A stretch of DNA of 64,000 nt, taken from assembly GCF_009914755.1 (NCBI RefSeq), contig NC_060937.1. One strand, written 5' to 3'. Numbering within the stretch: position 1 is the first letter of the stretch; every line of letters begins with the position of its first letter. The translations under genes were made by a program, and so were the position numbers. This document shows, piece by piece, positions 42,586 through 61,369 of the stretch. The notes below the pieces were generated by a model. That model was not told the DNA's origin and searched no databases. It saw only the letters and a program-made list of their open reading frames with translations. The DNA comes from the human T2T-CHM13v2.0 reference genome, Homo sapiens.

Positions 42586-45419
42586 GTTTCCTACAATCTT
42601 TCTACCTTTATTCTCCATTTGCATGGGTTTCTTACTCATATGTCCCATTCTGTTTTATCATACGTCATCTTTTGAATTATGTTTCCTGGCAATAGACCCC
42701 TACAGTTCCTTTTCCTTCACTGAAGGCAATCTAGTCCCTGTTACCTTCAGGCTCCAGAACAAGTGGAAAAATATCACCCGGGGCTAACTGAAAAACAGAA
42801 CTCAAATATCTAAGGCAGTTTAACAAAAGCCATATGCAATTAGTAGTAGAACTGGGAATAGATATGCCTTTTCAAAGACAACAGAGCTGGCATAAGTTTC
42901 ACCAGGTTGGGAATACAAATGATAACCTTAGGCCATCATCTTGCCCACAAGTTCTTAACATCCCTCAAAGATGATACCAATTATTTCTGAGTGATTGATT
43001 CCAAGTTGGCATTCCAGAATTTGGGTTCTTTCTCTCCCTTTCTGGCTCCCGTTCTAGTCAACATCCACAGCGCTGGAATTGGCCAATATGTTCTTGGTGA
43101 TAATGCCAATGACTTTGCCAAAGGGATTGTCTCTCAAGGCTCTGGCTCCTTTGGTTCATGACACAGTCCAGGAAGCTGTCGAGTGTCCCTGTCAGCCATC
43201 GTGATGATGTCCCTGGTGAGAATACCCATGTCCTCACCAGAAGCCTGTCTCTGAAGCTCTCAGAGCTGCCATTCCTGGGGTGCAGGAATAGTCCAACCAA
43301 AACCGCAGAGCGTGGCCCCTTCCAGACTTCTGAAGCTACATGGTTGGTGTTTGAGTTTTCATTTCATTTCTCAAGAGCATCTCCTTTAGCTTCTGAGCCT
43401 CATCCCCAATTCTCTGACAGCCACCGATTAAACAAAAGCATGCATATCAACCCAAGAACAAACAGCAATTTTCCTGCATAAAAATGACTCAAACCATTCT
43501 TAAAATATAAAATGAAGTAAAATTTCCCCAAAGGCAACTCAATGTATAGAGTAGAAAGTGTACTTTACATGCAGATAATATTTTTTTGTGAGCACAAAGA
43601 GCATTTCAGTCTCAAGAACCACAGCTGTGTCTCAAAAGCCTCTTCTCCAATTATGGTCCTGGCTTGATATTTACATACCCAAATGGCCCATTTGAGTGGT
43701 TTTCCAGAAACAGTGTCCTCCAATGTCTTCCTCTCTTTCCAACCCAAATTACTTAGAAATGGCAGTGCTTCGCTTCCAGCTTCCCCTCCACTCCACACAG
43801 ATTTCCTTCATTTCTATAATTTTTTTCAGTGATTTTCGGGCCAAGTTTTAAGAGACCAGGAGTATGTTCAAGGGATCATCTCAGGTAAATGTCTTAAAAA
43901 TGGACCATTTCCCCTGCAGTGAGGGAGGGAGGTGGAAAGTCCTGTAGCTTTCCTGGACAGACTAGACCATGGATGCTGACCAACCCAGAGCCATAGGCCT
44001 GGGCCCTTCTCCAGCATATTCAGGCAACTAAGAGTCAGCTTTTAAGCATAGCCTCATGTCAGAGACCCTGGGTCCAGGCTGATGACCAATGGTCTTTCTG
44101 ACTCTAAGTGCAAGACTGTTTTCTGATGCCTCTTAGAAAAGACGCTGGGATTTTGAGGATGGCAGGGCCACTTCCATGAGTGTCCCCATGGGGACCAGCT
44201 CTGGGCAGCTCTTGCCAACCACCCCAGTAGGAAAGTGACCATTGCAAACTTTTTGCAGGTGAGACAGACCTGCTAATCATTACAAAATGGCTGAACCATG
44301 CGCGGACAGCCTGGAAAAAGCAGTCATTTTCAATACGAGTTTTAAAGCCTTCACCAAGTCCCTTGCCAACCCAGCTAATAGAAGGGAGGCTTGGGAAAGC
44401 TTACTCATCCTGCTTAGCCCAACTTTGTTCTGCCTCCTACTCAGTCATAAATTGCTGCACAGGCTGTGCTGGCTAAATTGACATTAAGAGTTATTAAAGG
44501 AATGAGTCTACAGTTTAGGAAATGTGCATTCATGATAGGCTTCTGCAGTCTTAGGAAGAGCCACGGCAGGGCAGGGGAAGCTGACAGTTGCAGAGGTGGG
44601 GCCTCACAGCTTGGAAAGTTGGAAGAAATCCTGGTGCTCTTGGAGGCCCAGTGCCCCCAGTTAAGGAGACACAGCCATAAAGGAACCCTATGGTGACTCA
44701 TGCAGCCTTGTCTGTGATACTGACTGATGGTCTGTGGGTTTATGTCTGGTTTCCACACACAGGTTTGTGTATGCATGTCTTCCTCCAAAAATCATCATTT
44801 TAATTTTTTGGCAGCCTAGTGGTATTCATCTTGGAGTGTGAGTGGAGGTTCCTCCTGTCTGTATATTGGCAGCTCTAGCTTCCTGTCTACCATGGCCCAT
44901 GGGCCTCCCTACACCAAGAAGCAACACTTGTTCCTCTGTGTTGCTTGGTTAACATGGAACACACCCAATCTGCTCTTGCACTTGCTTCTTTAACTCTTGT
45001 GGTGTCACCTACGCATTTGTGTATAACTTGTTTTCTCTACCAGATTGTGACCTCCTGGAGTACGGAAAATATCTGGTCTTCTCACTGTGCTATGGAGACA
45101 GCAGGTGTTCCACAAAAATAGTTTGCATGAGTAATTATGGAGCTGCTTCTGGGGCTGGCATCTGGAGGAAGACAATTACCTGTTACTTTAATTTTCTATA
45201 CAGGGAGAGCAGATATACTTGTTAGAATTTATTGTAAAACAAGATGAAGCTTGTCTATGACTTAAGCAGCCAAGACGTGGTGCCCAGGTTTTGTTGAAAG
45301 GTTTACTTTGGCACTTTTCCAGATAACTGTGTTTGCCAGAGGAGTGACCACTGGATAGTAGTAGCGAAGGTTTAATGACATCTTTGCTGTATGCCAGAGA
45401 ACTTTCTGTGGGCTGTATG

Positions 45420-45930
<511 letters not shown>

Positions 45931-47159
45931 AGGACCTCTCAAAAAACTTGAAACACACTGACCCACCCACCCATCCATCCACCTATCCATCAAATGTTTA
46001 AGCCCCTTTGAAATAAATAGCTTATATATAATGACTATATCTTTAAATCTTCTGCTCCACACCTCTTCTCAATGCCCTTCTTAGCTCTCAGACTTGGTAG
46101 AGGGCATCCACAGTGAATAAAACCTCTGGCTAGGATTTTGGAAGCAATAAAGAACACTGGAAATGATGACAGTAAGTTGGAGTCCACTAAGTTTATCCTG
46201 GAGAAGTGAAGAGAAGGACTTGCTGGAAATTATATGATTTGGGATACATATGAAAATTCTAGGAATGATTTTCTCTGGCAGCATTCATACTGGGTAATGT
46301 TTGGGAGGAGTCTTTCCATGTTTTCTTTATTATATTCCATATGTTGGTTTATATTTTTCTATTTCATTCTTCCAAAAGTTATAAAGGATATTTTTGTCCA
46401 TTAGGTCTTTAATAGAGTATCTGCCTCTTCTACTATGATTTGAATAGTGTACCTTTGGTCTAACTGAACCATCAGGGGTTGCTTAAAATGGGAAAAGGGG
46501 AGATCTGGGTTTGGTACAGTACTAATCTCACTGGGACCGTTTCCTCACCCGTAAAGTAATGGAAATAAATGAGATGACCTCTAAGTCCTGTCTCAGTTCT
46601 GAGTCTGGTCCTGAGTATTTTTAGCCACATTTCTGGAAGGCTCACCTTCCTACACATTTTTCTTAATGTGCATATCAAAACTTTTCATTCTTGGCACTGG
46701 GTTTTTGGCATAACAACATCTTCAGCCCATCCTTCCTATCTTGGAAAATAACATTCAGGGAAAGGGGTGATTTAATTTTTCATTTTAGACAAGTTAAAGG
46801 TGCTTTCTTCTGGTCTTATAGGCCTTCTCTTTATTCCTTCCCCTAACTATTGAGTGGGCAGGATGTCCCAGTCAGCAAATAACCTTTAAATTCAGAGGAC
46901 TAACCCACAGCTGCTTCCAGAGGCTGCTTGCAGGCATCACTTTGTAGATGAACAAGTCTTTTAATAGGGATAAAATGCTGGTGCTGCCTGCTGGTCTGTT
47001 GGCACATGTCCCGGAATTCTGCTAATGTTGCTTTCGTATTCAGGATTTGGATTTTTTGTCCTCATTACCTTAACACCTCTTTGCTATTAAAAAAAATTCA
47101 ATGTCAGTCAAAGATGAAAACAACCAGTGTCAAGGCAGTAACAGCTTAGTGATTCCAGT

Positions 47160-47360
47160 AATAATAATATGTGCTAACATCTGCTGGATACTTACTATTT
47201 GTCAGGCACTGTTTTAAGTGCTTTGTATTCACCAGCTTGTTTGATTTTCTATGAGGTAGACATGATTATTCTTTTACAGTTCCTCAACAAAGGCACAGAG
47301 AAGTTAAGTAACTTGATTACAGTCACAGCTAGTGGTAGTTTTCTGAACTTTGGCTCTTAA
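47160..47360 (-). mobile_element. MIR SINE
   Basis: gtcaggcactgttttaagtgcttt...ggcacagagaagttaagtaacttg. Confidence 0.75.
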
Positions 47361-47774
47361 TACTGGAGATGAGGTGGGGGTATGCAAGAGCCTGCTGAAG
47401 AATAAAATGCATCTCAATAGACCTGAAAGACTGTATTTGGTGGGAGATTTGCCCAGCTGGATTCTAATAGCTTTAAATAAGCACTTACTGGGGAGAAATA
47501 GAAAATATTTCTAATCCTGGATGCTACAGAATGGTGGGCATATATAATATTTTCGCTGCAAAAATATTTATGCAGTATCTGCTATGTATCAGGAAGACTG
47601 CTAGGTGATTTAGAAGACTAAAAAGAGAGGAGTTACATGTGCTTCCAGAAAAAAAAAAAAGAAAAAAAAAGCCAAATGATTGGAAACAATATTTCTGGCC
47701 TCTGATGATTTTATGCAAATGCACAGAGTATGGAAAATAATAAAACCTTGCAGATTTAGAAACATCTAGACAAT

Positions 47775-48077
47775 GGCCCAGCACAGTGGCTCACGCCTGT
47801 AATCCCAGCACTTTGGGAAACCAAGGAGGCGGATCATTTGTGGTCACGAGTTAAAGACCAGCCTGGCCAACATGGCAAAACCCCGTCTCTATTAAAAATA
47901 CAAAAATTGCCAGGCGTGGTGGTGGGCACCTGTAATTCCAGCTGCTCAGGAGGCTGAGACATGAAAATTCCTTGAATCCGGGAGGTGGAGGTTGCAGTCG
48001 AGATTGCACTCCAGCCTGGGTGACAAAGTGAGACTCTGTCTCAAAAAAAATCCAAACCAACCAACAAACAAAAAAAC
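47775..48077 (+). mobile_element. Alu (AluS-like)
   Basis: Dimer with small deletion; TSD-like aaaca(t/c)c(t/c)agacaa. Confidence 0.95.
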
Positions 48078-48689
48078 ACCCAGACAAATATCGTCTTTCC
48101 TATATGACCAAGATGGAATGGGCTAGGACTGACAAGTAGAATGGGTGGGCTCCAAAGAAACAGATCTGGTAGCAGGCAAGTGACGTTTGTCAGACCAAGA
48201 GACGTGACACATGGCAGAGAGAAGAAAGCTGGACATGTTGGTCAAGGACATTAGCTGTCAGGAAACCATCTTTCACAGAATACAGAATGGGAGCCCATGG
48301 CCAGAGACGTCAGAGGGAAGAGCTGTCGATGGAAGGAAGCCTTTAATAAATTAAATAAAGGCAATCAGACCCTAAGAACCCACAACAAAGAGATTGATGG
48401 GGCAGGTAAAACATCGTGGGATGGCCCAGGAAGTTCAGTTCATTTCCAACATCTTAGCTGGGTTTTATAAGGCCAAGTTGGGTGATAGAAGCTAATATGA
48501 ATGCCCACCAGCTAAAACCCAGAATGACCTGAATGAAAATGGATAGCAAACAACACATTCTAACTGTAATTGTAACAAGAAGAAAATGAAGGAAAAGTGG
48601 TTTCCATTGCTTTCAGCAGGTGATAAAATAGAAACATTACAGTCTAACTAATTGGTAAAATCTTTGCTATTATTGAAAAAAATTAATTA

Positions 48690-49990
48690 AAAAATTTATA
48701 ATTGACTCAATAATAACATATTTATGGGGTACAGTGTGATGTTTCAATGCATGTGTAGTTGTATACATCAAATCAGGGTAATTACCATATGCACACTTTA
48801 AACACTATCATTTCTTTGTAGTGATAGCATTCAAAATCTCTTCTAGCTGTCTTGAAAGAATCCTGGCTCTTTGATTAACTGAAGCAGCATTGACTAATGG
48901 ATTGATTGAAAAATAGAGGGAGAGCTTAAAACATTCTTTGCCCTACCTTATTCAACATTTAAACTTTTAATTTCAAAGACAAAATATAAAATATGCATAA
49001 AAGTGGAAAGAATAGTATAATAAGGCCTAATATTACATTTTAATATTAATTATATTATATTAGTTGTTACATGAATATAATAATCATAAATGTAATCAAT
49101 GATATCAATTGTTACATTATGCATAAAGTAATATTCATGCTCTATGCATATTAATAGTATAATAAGTTTCCATCTATCCAATACCCAGTTTCTAGACTTA
49201 GCATGATTGTGCTACACTTGCTTCATTTGTCCATCATGTGTTCTCTGCTGAGGTATTTTAGAGCAAATCTCAGAAAGCACGTTATATCATCACCGTATAA
49301 TTCAGCAGAAATTCATGAAAACAGAACATTTTAAAAAATAACACAACGATTGCATCAAAAGTAACAATAATTCCTGGTACCTTCTGACATCTTGATTGCC
49401 TCAAAATGGCTTTTTAGTGTCGGTTATTTAAACTGGGATCTAAATAAGATCCTCTTATTATATTTGGTAATTGGATCTACTGTCTCTTTTACCCAAGAGC
49501 AGTTTCCCTGTTTCCCTGTTTCTCCTGCTGCATATGTTTTTTTTAATTCCAGTTACTTGTTGAAGAAACCAAGATAGTTTTCCCACAGAATGCCCATATT
49601 CTAGAATTGTTTGTTTGCTTTCTTGCGGTGTCATTTAAGTTGTCCATCACAATTCCTGGAAGTGCCAGGGAAGTTGATTTGATTCAGATTTTTTTTTTTA
49701 ATTTTTAACAGCAAAACTTCATAGGTGGTACTTCACATTTCATATTACAGCACACAGGAGGCACATGACGTATGCCTGTTCCATCTTTAGTGTTGCTAGT
49801 GTTGATTAAGGGTGACAGTCAGTCTTTCCAGTATAAATTCCCCCATTGATAGGGTGACAATAGCAGTTTTCATGGATCTGTCCCAGTTTATGACTATTTT
49901 GCTGGTGTCCTGCTCAGTGTAATCATTTGTTCTAGATTTTTGATTTTTAAACAAACTATTATTATTAATAATTGCACTAACATCAACCAA
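48690..49990 (-). mobile_element. Old L1M 3'-end fragments (more than one)
   Basis: catatttatggggtacagtgtgatgttt; cccatattctagaattgtttg. Confidence 0.55.
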
Positions 49991-50475
49991 GATGATTTCC
50001 ACTTTGTATTTCCAGCTTCCACCATACTCTCATCTAGAAGTGTGGGATACACACCTGCAGTGAGCAGAATTCTTTAGCATGTGGTTAATGTGAAAGGCAA
50101 CCAGCAATGACCCACTTCTAGATGGAATGTTCTCTTTCAAGGACCGTGCAGGGTGTTTGTTGATAAAACAAGGTGTGCTCAGATGCAACTAGCTGGAGAT
50201 GGCTAACTCCATCCAATTTCAGATGGTGGTGGAAGATAGATTCAATGTTACTGCCCTCATCAGACACTTGGTTTACCACACAGTTGGACAGAGGCCTGTG
50301 CTATGGCCACTAGGCTGCTGGTCACTGTGGTCATTGAGAAATGTGGGATTATAAGATAGGTTTACACGAAATGTTTATAGAAGTAGAGGCTGTGCTATTC
50401 TGCCATGGAGAATAGGAAAAGTAGTCTGAATACTCTGGCATTATCATTTATTTTATGGTTAAACGACTACAACTA

Positions 50476-50781
50476 TTTATTTATTTATTGAGATAGGGTC
50501 TTTCTCTGTCACCCAGGCTGGAATGCAGCAGTGCAATTACATCTCATTGCAACCTCTGCCTCCTAGGCTCAAGCAATCCTCCTGCCTCAGCCTCCTGAGT
50601 AGCTGGGACTACAGGCACACACCATCATGCCTGGCTAGTTTTTTGCAGAGACGGGATCTCCCTATCTTGCCCAGGCTCCCCCTATCTTGTCCAGCTGGTC
50701 TCTAGCTCTTGGACTTGAGCAATCTGCCTGCTTTGGCCTCCCAAAGTGCTAGGATTACAGGCATGAGCTACCGTGCCTGGC
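50476..50781 (-). mobile_element. Alu (AluJ-like)
   Basis: (TTTA)n tail, ggctcaagcaatcctcc. Confidence 0.9.
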
Positions 50782-50789
50782 TTATTTAT

Positions 50790-55170
<4,381 letters not shown>

Positions 55171-55174
55171 CATA

Positions 55175-55350
55175 ACCAGTGAAATCTACATAAGGTTTAT
55201 GGATCATACCAATGTTAATTTCTTGCCTGCGCTATTGTGCTACAGTTGTGTAAGATTTCAGCATTGGGAGCAGGGGAATTGTGGGCAGAGCTTCCCTGTA
55301 CGTTTCTCTGTAATCTTGTGAATCTACAATTATTCAAAAGAAAAGAAAAT
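55175..55350 (+). mobile_element. Old L1M 3'-end fragment
   Basis: caatgttaatttcttg...tgtgaatctacaattattcaaaa. Confidence 0.6.
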
Positions 55351-56999
55351 TTTAACAGGTGTAAAATTGTTTGTTTTGCTAGGCTATTGAAAGGATTAGA
55401 GTAAAATGCATTTGGTATTATAATGTCTAGCACAGAGTAGGTTTTTAATCCATTATATTCACACAAACACAGACACACACACACACACAACCCTGAATGC
55501 TTGACATTCCTAGCTTCCTACCAGCGAGGCATGAGCTTTGAGTTGTCTGCCTGTTGGCTGTATTACGCAGGCCTCACGCTGTATTCTTATTTTCCCTTTT
55601 GAACCAGGGCACCACTAGTAAAGCAGCTGTCCGAGATAATGCCTACATTGTTGGCCTATGACCCAAGGAGCTCCCTGGCTACTCTGGGGTGTGATGGTAG
55701 TCACAGACTCACTCCACAGTACCTGGGCTGAGTGAGATCCAGCGAGGCAGCCCCACCCATGGTGGTAGAGGGTGGTGGTAGAGGTGACAGTGGGAAGAGT
55801 CAGGTATAGACTGAGATGAGGATGCTGAGAAGGCCAGGGGGCGATTGGAAACTCCGCCCTGGCCGCACCTCACGGAACTGTGGCTCTGGCCACTCATGGG
55901 CAGTTCTGCTGCGAAAGACGGGACATTGCTCATCTTCCTACTGACGCTTGTTGAAGAGCTTGGGCACGATGTCTAAATACGTAATTAAAGTTAATCTTGT
56001 TGCCATTACCTTATTCATTACAGTGATTTTCTGGTGGCTTTTATGGATCATTGTAAAACTGGTTTTGAATGAAGTATGTCTCCTCACTTTTTCCGTCTTA
56101 ATTTTTAAGAGTGCCTATATTCTTTGGTTGCTAAGTAACATGCCTATAATGTGTTATCACAGTGGTTCTATCTGAATAATTTCAGTAATCACTTAGGAGA
56201 TTGCTTTAATAGTATATCATCTTAAATGGGAAGAAATGACTAATTCTAGGCTGTTTGGAGAAAACTGACTGAAGCATTTCCTCAAAGACAGGAGGTTTGT
56301 CAGCCAAGGAACTTAAAGACAGAGCACATAACCCCTAACTCAGGGCAGTTCTCCTTCAGAAGTTTCCCCCCTGCCTCCAGTGTCTCCAGAGACAACACAC
56401 CTGCTCCAGGGACTTCAAAAGTTTTAAAGAACCAAAGGATCCAGAAGAGGAGATATTTAAAAAGGAATATTTGAGAATATTAAGGAACATTTTGTTGCCA
56501 TGACTGGAAAAATTGCATTTATTACAACCCCGTAAATACAGATATGAGATGCGGAAGTAAGGCAGTGTTGGTCTTGTGAAAGCCGGGCAGAAACACGAGC
56601 AGAGTTAACTATGGAGCTATCATTATGGTTAACCCATGGGAGCCCCTAGATCTGAGACCAATCAGCGACACTGCAGATGCAGCTCTCCGAAGCTGAGTTT
56701 TTTTCTTCCTCCTAGATGAGCATCCTGGAAGAGGAAGCCAGGAGCTCAGAAATGTGTTCATCTGAGCTGGAGACCAACAGGACTAAGGCTGTGAATCTGA
56801 GCCCCAAACACAGGCAAAGTGTGTGTTGTTCTCATGTCCAGATCCTACCCCAATCCTGACCATTTCATGGAAGTCTACAGTCTGGGTCGGGTGTACAAAT
56901 GGCACGAGACATATTCAGGTTTTTCTTATTCTGCAGAAATGTCTCCTTCAGCCTTCCCTTCTCTCACTTCTTGACTGGCTGTTTTCTCTACTTTAGCAC

Positions 57000-57350
57000 C
57001 AAACTTTCACTGTCTCCACCGTCTCACCTCTCATTCACTTTTCAACCAGTTGTCATCTGGATCCCTACTCTCCTTCCCAACTAATGACTAAACTGCTCTT
57101 CCTAACGTCAATCTGATGTCCCTAACACCGGCTTCCCTGCCTACCTTCAACCCTCTACCTGACGGGCATCTCTGCTGCACCTGCTGTGGGGCACTGGCCT
57201 GCCCCTGCTTCCTCTCTCTTGGTCTTTCTGCAACTCCAACTCCTACTTCTCCTCCTATTTCTCTCCCTGTTTCATCTTGGTCCCCTTCGCTGCCTCCTCT
57301 TTGTCTTTCCACTCTGTGATTGTTGGTGTTTGGGAGGATTCATTCCTTAG
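57000..57350 (+). mobile_element. L2 fragment
   Basis: Pyrimidine-rich L2 ORF2-like sequence (actaaactgctctt). Confidence 0.5.
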
Positions 57351-58094
57351 CCCTTCCTCTCTCTGCCTCTGTCCTGGGCACTCTTCCCCCACAAACCCAG
57401 AGCCATCTTATTTGTGATACTTTGTGCCACGTGCTGTACAGAGATGAATAAAACATAACTCCCGACCTCACGGCACACACTAGATCTAGAGGGAAAGACA
57501 GGCAAGGAAATAAGGAAAAGTAATAAAATGTTAGTGGTTCCATGGTACAAGTTTGGATGATATGGTGGGGGCAAAAATTCATTCTACATGAAAAGGAAGA
57601 ACAGTCAGAACAATGCCCCATTGGAGGACTTACCATGTTGCATAATAATTAGAAGTGAAGGGTTGTCAGGTCTAAGGTATGCATAATAATGCACACAGAA
57701 AATGAATAAACACACACGTGTGTGTGTGTGTGTGTGTGTGCATTTCTGGGCGGGGGATGGGGTGCATGAGGAGGGTTTGGGGTAGCTGAGGCAGAATGGA
57801 GGAGACATCTAAGCATCTTGGGTCAGTGCTATTTCCCAATTATATATAAATATTTCTTTATTTTAACATCCTGTACAGCCATACAGGAACATTGCTGCCT
57901 TACTCCTTGGACTGGGAATTCCATGAGGACAGACTACATCTTAATCATTTCTGTGACCCTAGCTCTTAGTATAGTACTCTGTTTATAGTGAGTGACTGAT
58001 AAATGTTTTATGAACTAAATAGAGTGCAATTAATGGCTTAGATTCACCTTTATTCAGAAAAGCAACTCAACTCACAAGAGAACATTGGCAAATG

Positions 58095-58400
58095 AGTCAT
58101 GTAGAATAGGTTTGGCTGTGATTACAAATAGCCCCAAATCTTAGTGGTTTATTACACAATGGCTTATTTCTCACGCATATGACTTGTCTGTCGCAAGACA
58201 TCTGGGGGCTCTGCTACATATCTCCTCTCTCAGGGACCCAGGCTGATAAAATAACCACTATCTGAAACAGGTGGTCAACACTGCAGAGGGAAAAAAGAGA
58301 ATGTGACAAATTGTGCACTAACTCTAAAAGCATATGCTGGAAAATGAAATGTCAATCTGCTTACATTTCATTGACCAAAGCAAGTCTTATTTGATGCCAC
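58095..58400 (-). mobile_element. Old MaLR LTR fragment (MLT1K/L-like)
   Basis: acaaatagccccaaatcttagtgg...ttatttctcac...cacatt-type tcattgaccaaagcaagtc. Confidence 0.6.
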
Positions 58401-58614
58401 ATTTTCTTTTATGAAAGACAGTCTTCATAGGTGCAACATGATTGCTAGCTGTGGGCCCCATGCTCTGCTAGGATCTGTCAGGGAAACAGGGATAAGGGAG
58501 TGCCCCCGCTCTTTGGAGAGAGGATCACACTATAGTGAGGAAGATGGGTATGTAAACAGGTGTACTGTAATAGGTCTTGCTGGGGGAATGAGCTTTTAAA
58601 GGACTGAAAAAAGA

Positions 58615-58751
58615 TTTCTCTTTTCCTTTCTTTCTTTCTTCTTCTTCCTCCTTCTCCTTCTTCTTCCTCTTTTTATTCTTCTTCTTCTTCTTCCTTCTCC
58701 TTCCTCCTCCTCCTCCTCTTCTCCTTCTCCTTCTCCCCCTTCTTCTTTTTT
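58615..58751. repeat. Polypyrimidine (CTT/CCT)n tract, Alu-tail-derived
   Basis: About 135 nt almost purely C/T. Confidence 0.9.
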
Positions 58752-59023
58752 GAGTGAGGCTGAAGTGCAGTGGTGCAATCAGAGCTCATTGCAACCTCTG
58801 GCCTAACTCCTGGGCTCAAGCCATCTTCCCGCATCAGCCTCTTGAGTAGCTAGGATCACAGGCGCATGCCACCATGCCTAGCTAGTTTTTTAATATTTTA
58901 TTATTTAGAGACAGGATCTTGCTCTGTTGCCCAGGCTGGCCTTGAACTCCTGGGCTCGAGTGATCTTCCCTCCTTAGCCTCCCCAAGTGCTAGTATTACA
59001 GATGTGAGCAGCCACACCCTGCC
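58752..59023 (-). mobile_element. Alu (AluJ-like)
   Basis: Antisense diverged dimer. Confidence 0.9.
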
Positions 59024-59728
59024 GAAGAGGGAGTTTCTTCCATAAACTCCACAGGGGTTCAATTTCATGTCAGCTTACCAGCCCCTCATATGGATAGCAT
59101 ACAGGCTTGAGGCCTGTGAACCTCTATATCCAATATATATTTTTGTACTTGTACTAAATAGTACAATGCTTATACTATCAAACATTGCTGGGACTATTTG
59201 TTATGTTTCAGTGTCTCCTCTCACCCTCCAGCTAGAGAACAAGGACACCAAGACAAACAGACACAATTCCATTAGGTAGCAATTGGTCTCTGTCACCTCA
59301 GTGCCTAGTAATGGTGGTGGAAGGTGGTACTTAATATGAGGATGTACTTGACACATAATGAATGAATGAGCAGATGAATGCATGAATAAATGAATGGCCA
59401 TCCTTATATTAAGCACCATTCTTGTAGCTTCTCATTTTTGGTTCTTCCAGGAGTCTTCACCTAGCTCCTGTGTACACACCTCTCAGTTTGGACATAGATT
59501 TCATTGCCTGTTTTCCCACTTTTCCCCTGCCTTTGTTCTTAGTATGTGGCTCCTGACAAATAGTGTCACTGTGGCCCTTGTCATTGCAGCTTCTGTTTGT
59601 CTTCCAGGGTTTCTCCACCTCTCACACTCTCTTGCCCCCTCTGAATTGAGGCCTGATTCACACTGCAGTGTTCATTCTAAGGAGCAAGAAGCAGCTGGAA
59701 AATCAACACTGTGTTTTATGTTTGTTGT

Positions 59729-60812
59729 GTGTACTGAGTTGAATAGTATTCCCCCAAAATTCATGCCCAGCCAGGATCTCAGACTGTGACCTGATTTGGC
59801 GATTTGAAATAAAAATGTCAAAGAGACATCTGCACTCCCATGTTTTTTGAAGCACTTTTCACAATAGCCAAGATGTGAAAACAATCTAAGTGTCCATCAA
59901 TGGATGAATGGATAAAGACAATATGGTGTATAGACATAATAGAATGATAGTCTTAAAGAAGAAGGAAATTCTATCACTTGTCACAACATAGATGGACTTG
60001 GAGGACCTTATGCTAAATGAAATAAGCCAGGTAGAGAACAACAAATAAGCCAGGTAGAGAACAAATGCTGCATGTTCTTACTTATATATGGAATCTAAAA
60101 CGGTTGAGCTTATAGAAGCAGAGGGTAGAATGGTGGTTCCCAGAGGCTGCAGGTTTAGGAGAATGTGGATATGCTGGTCAAAGGCTACAAAGTTTCGGCT
60201 AGAGAGGAGGAATAAGTTTAATAGGTCTATTGCACAGCATTGTGGCTATAGTTAATAATAATGTATATTTCAAACTTGCTAAAAGTAAATTTCAAATGTT
60301 CTCACCACAAAAAATGAATATCTGAGGTGATGAATATGTTAACTAGCTTGACTTAATCATTCCACATTGCATACCAGTATTATAACATCATATATTATAA
60401 CATCATATTGTACTCCATTAGTATATTATAAAATTATAATTTGTCAATTTACAAGGACTAAAAAAGAAATGTGATCTTATTTGGAAATGGGGTCTTTGCA
60501 GATCAGATGTAATTAGTTAAATTAAGACAAAGTCATACTATAGGAGGATAGACTGTAATTCAACGACTGGTGTCCTTATAGGAAGATAAAACAGGGACAC
60601 AGACACACACACACATACGCACACACACACACACACACACACACCATTCCACCACCACCAGCAACCATCAGAAGCTAGGAAGGGGAATGGAAGCTGTCCT
60701 TAGAGCCATTAGAGAGAGCCTGGCCTCTCTAATGTGAGAAAGTACATTTCTGTGGTTTAAAGCCACTCAGTTTGTGGTGATTTGTTAAAGCAGCCCCAGG
60801 AGGCGAATCCAT
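59729..60812 (+). mobile_element. MaLR LTR (MLT1B/C-like), split by L1MA
   Basis: gttgaatagtattcccccaaaattcatg...gtgatcttatttggaaatggggtctttgcagat...aagccactcagtttgtgg. Confidence 0.8.
59815..60467 (+). mobile_element. L1MA 3' end
   Basis: catctgcactcccatg...aagtgtccatcaatggatgaatggataaag; TSD-like tgtgacctgatttgg/tgtgatcttatttgg. Confidence 0.85.
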
Positions 60813-61369
60813 GTTGCTCTTGTCTGGTCTTGCACTGGTAAATGATGAAGCAGCTTCTTTTCCCCACCTGTCTTCCCAGTCCTGGCACCTGGGCAGGTGT
60901 CCCAGCCTCCAAGCTTTTGCAAACTGAGAGGGTGAGGCAAGCGGCTTTGCAGTAGTCTTCCCAAAGGTCCTCAGTCCAAACGCCCATTCCCTGCGAGCTC
61001 TGCTTCCTCATGATGGCCAAGTTGTCTTTGTTGTGCTCAAGTAAGATCAGATAAGAGCTAAAGGAGAGGCAAGAAAGAAATCTTCCTAGGTCTCTAGAGG
61101 TGGGGGCCAAGAAAGAAGGGTCAAATGGGAATTCTCTCTTCCAGCCTTACTCTCTGGGGCCAAGAAGGTGGTTAGTGAAATGGTCAAGGAAGTCATAATA
61201 AATGTCCTCGTCCTACAGCTTCTGTTGTTCTTATGGCTCAGCTATCCTTTCCTGTTCTCTACCACCCCCACCCCTCTCCCAGCTACCACAACTCCCCAAA
61301 TGTAGAATTAGTTCACTCCTATACACTAATGCCAATAGCTCATAGGAGGATGAGTAGCAGCAGTAATGC

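Noticed and set aside
57711-57782. cacacacgtgtgtg palindrome/E-box plus adjacent G-runs
   Set aside because: Expected by chance at a CA/TG microsatellite junction, and one G4 loop is 10 nt
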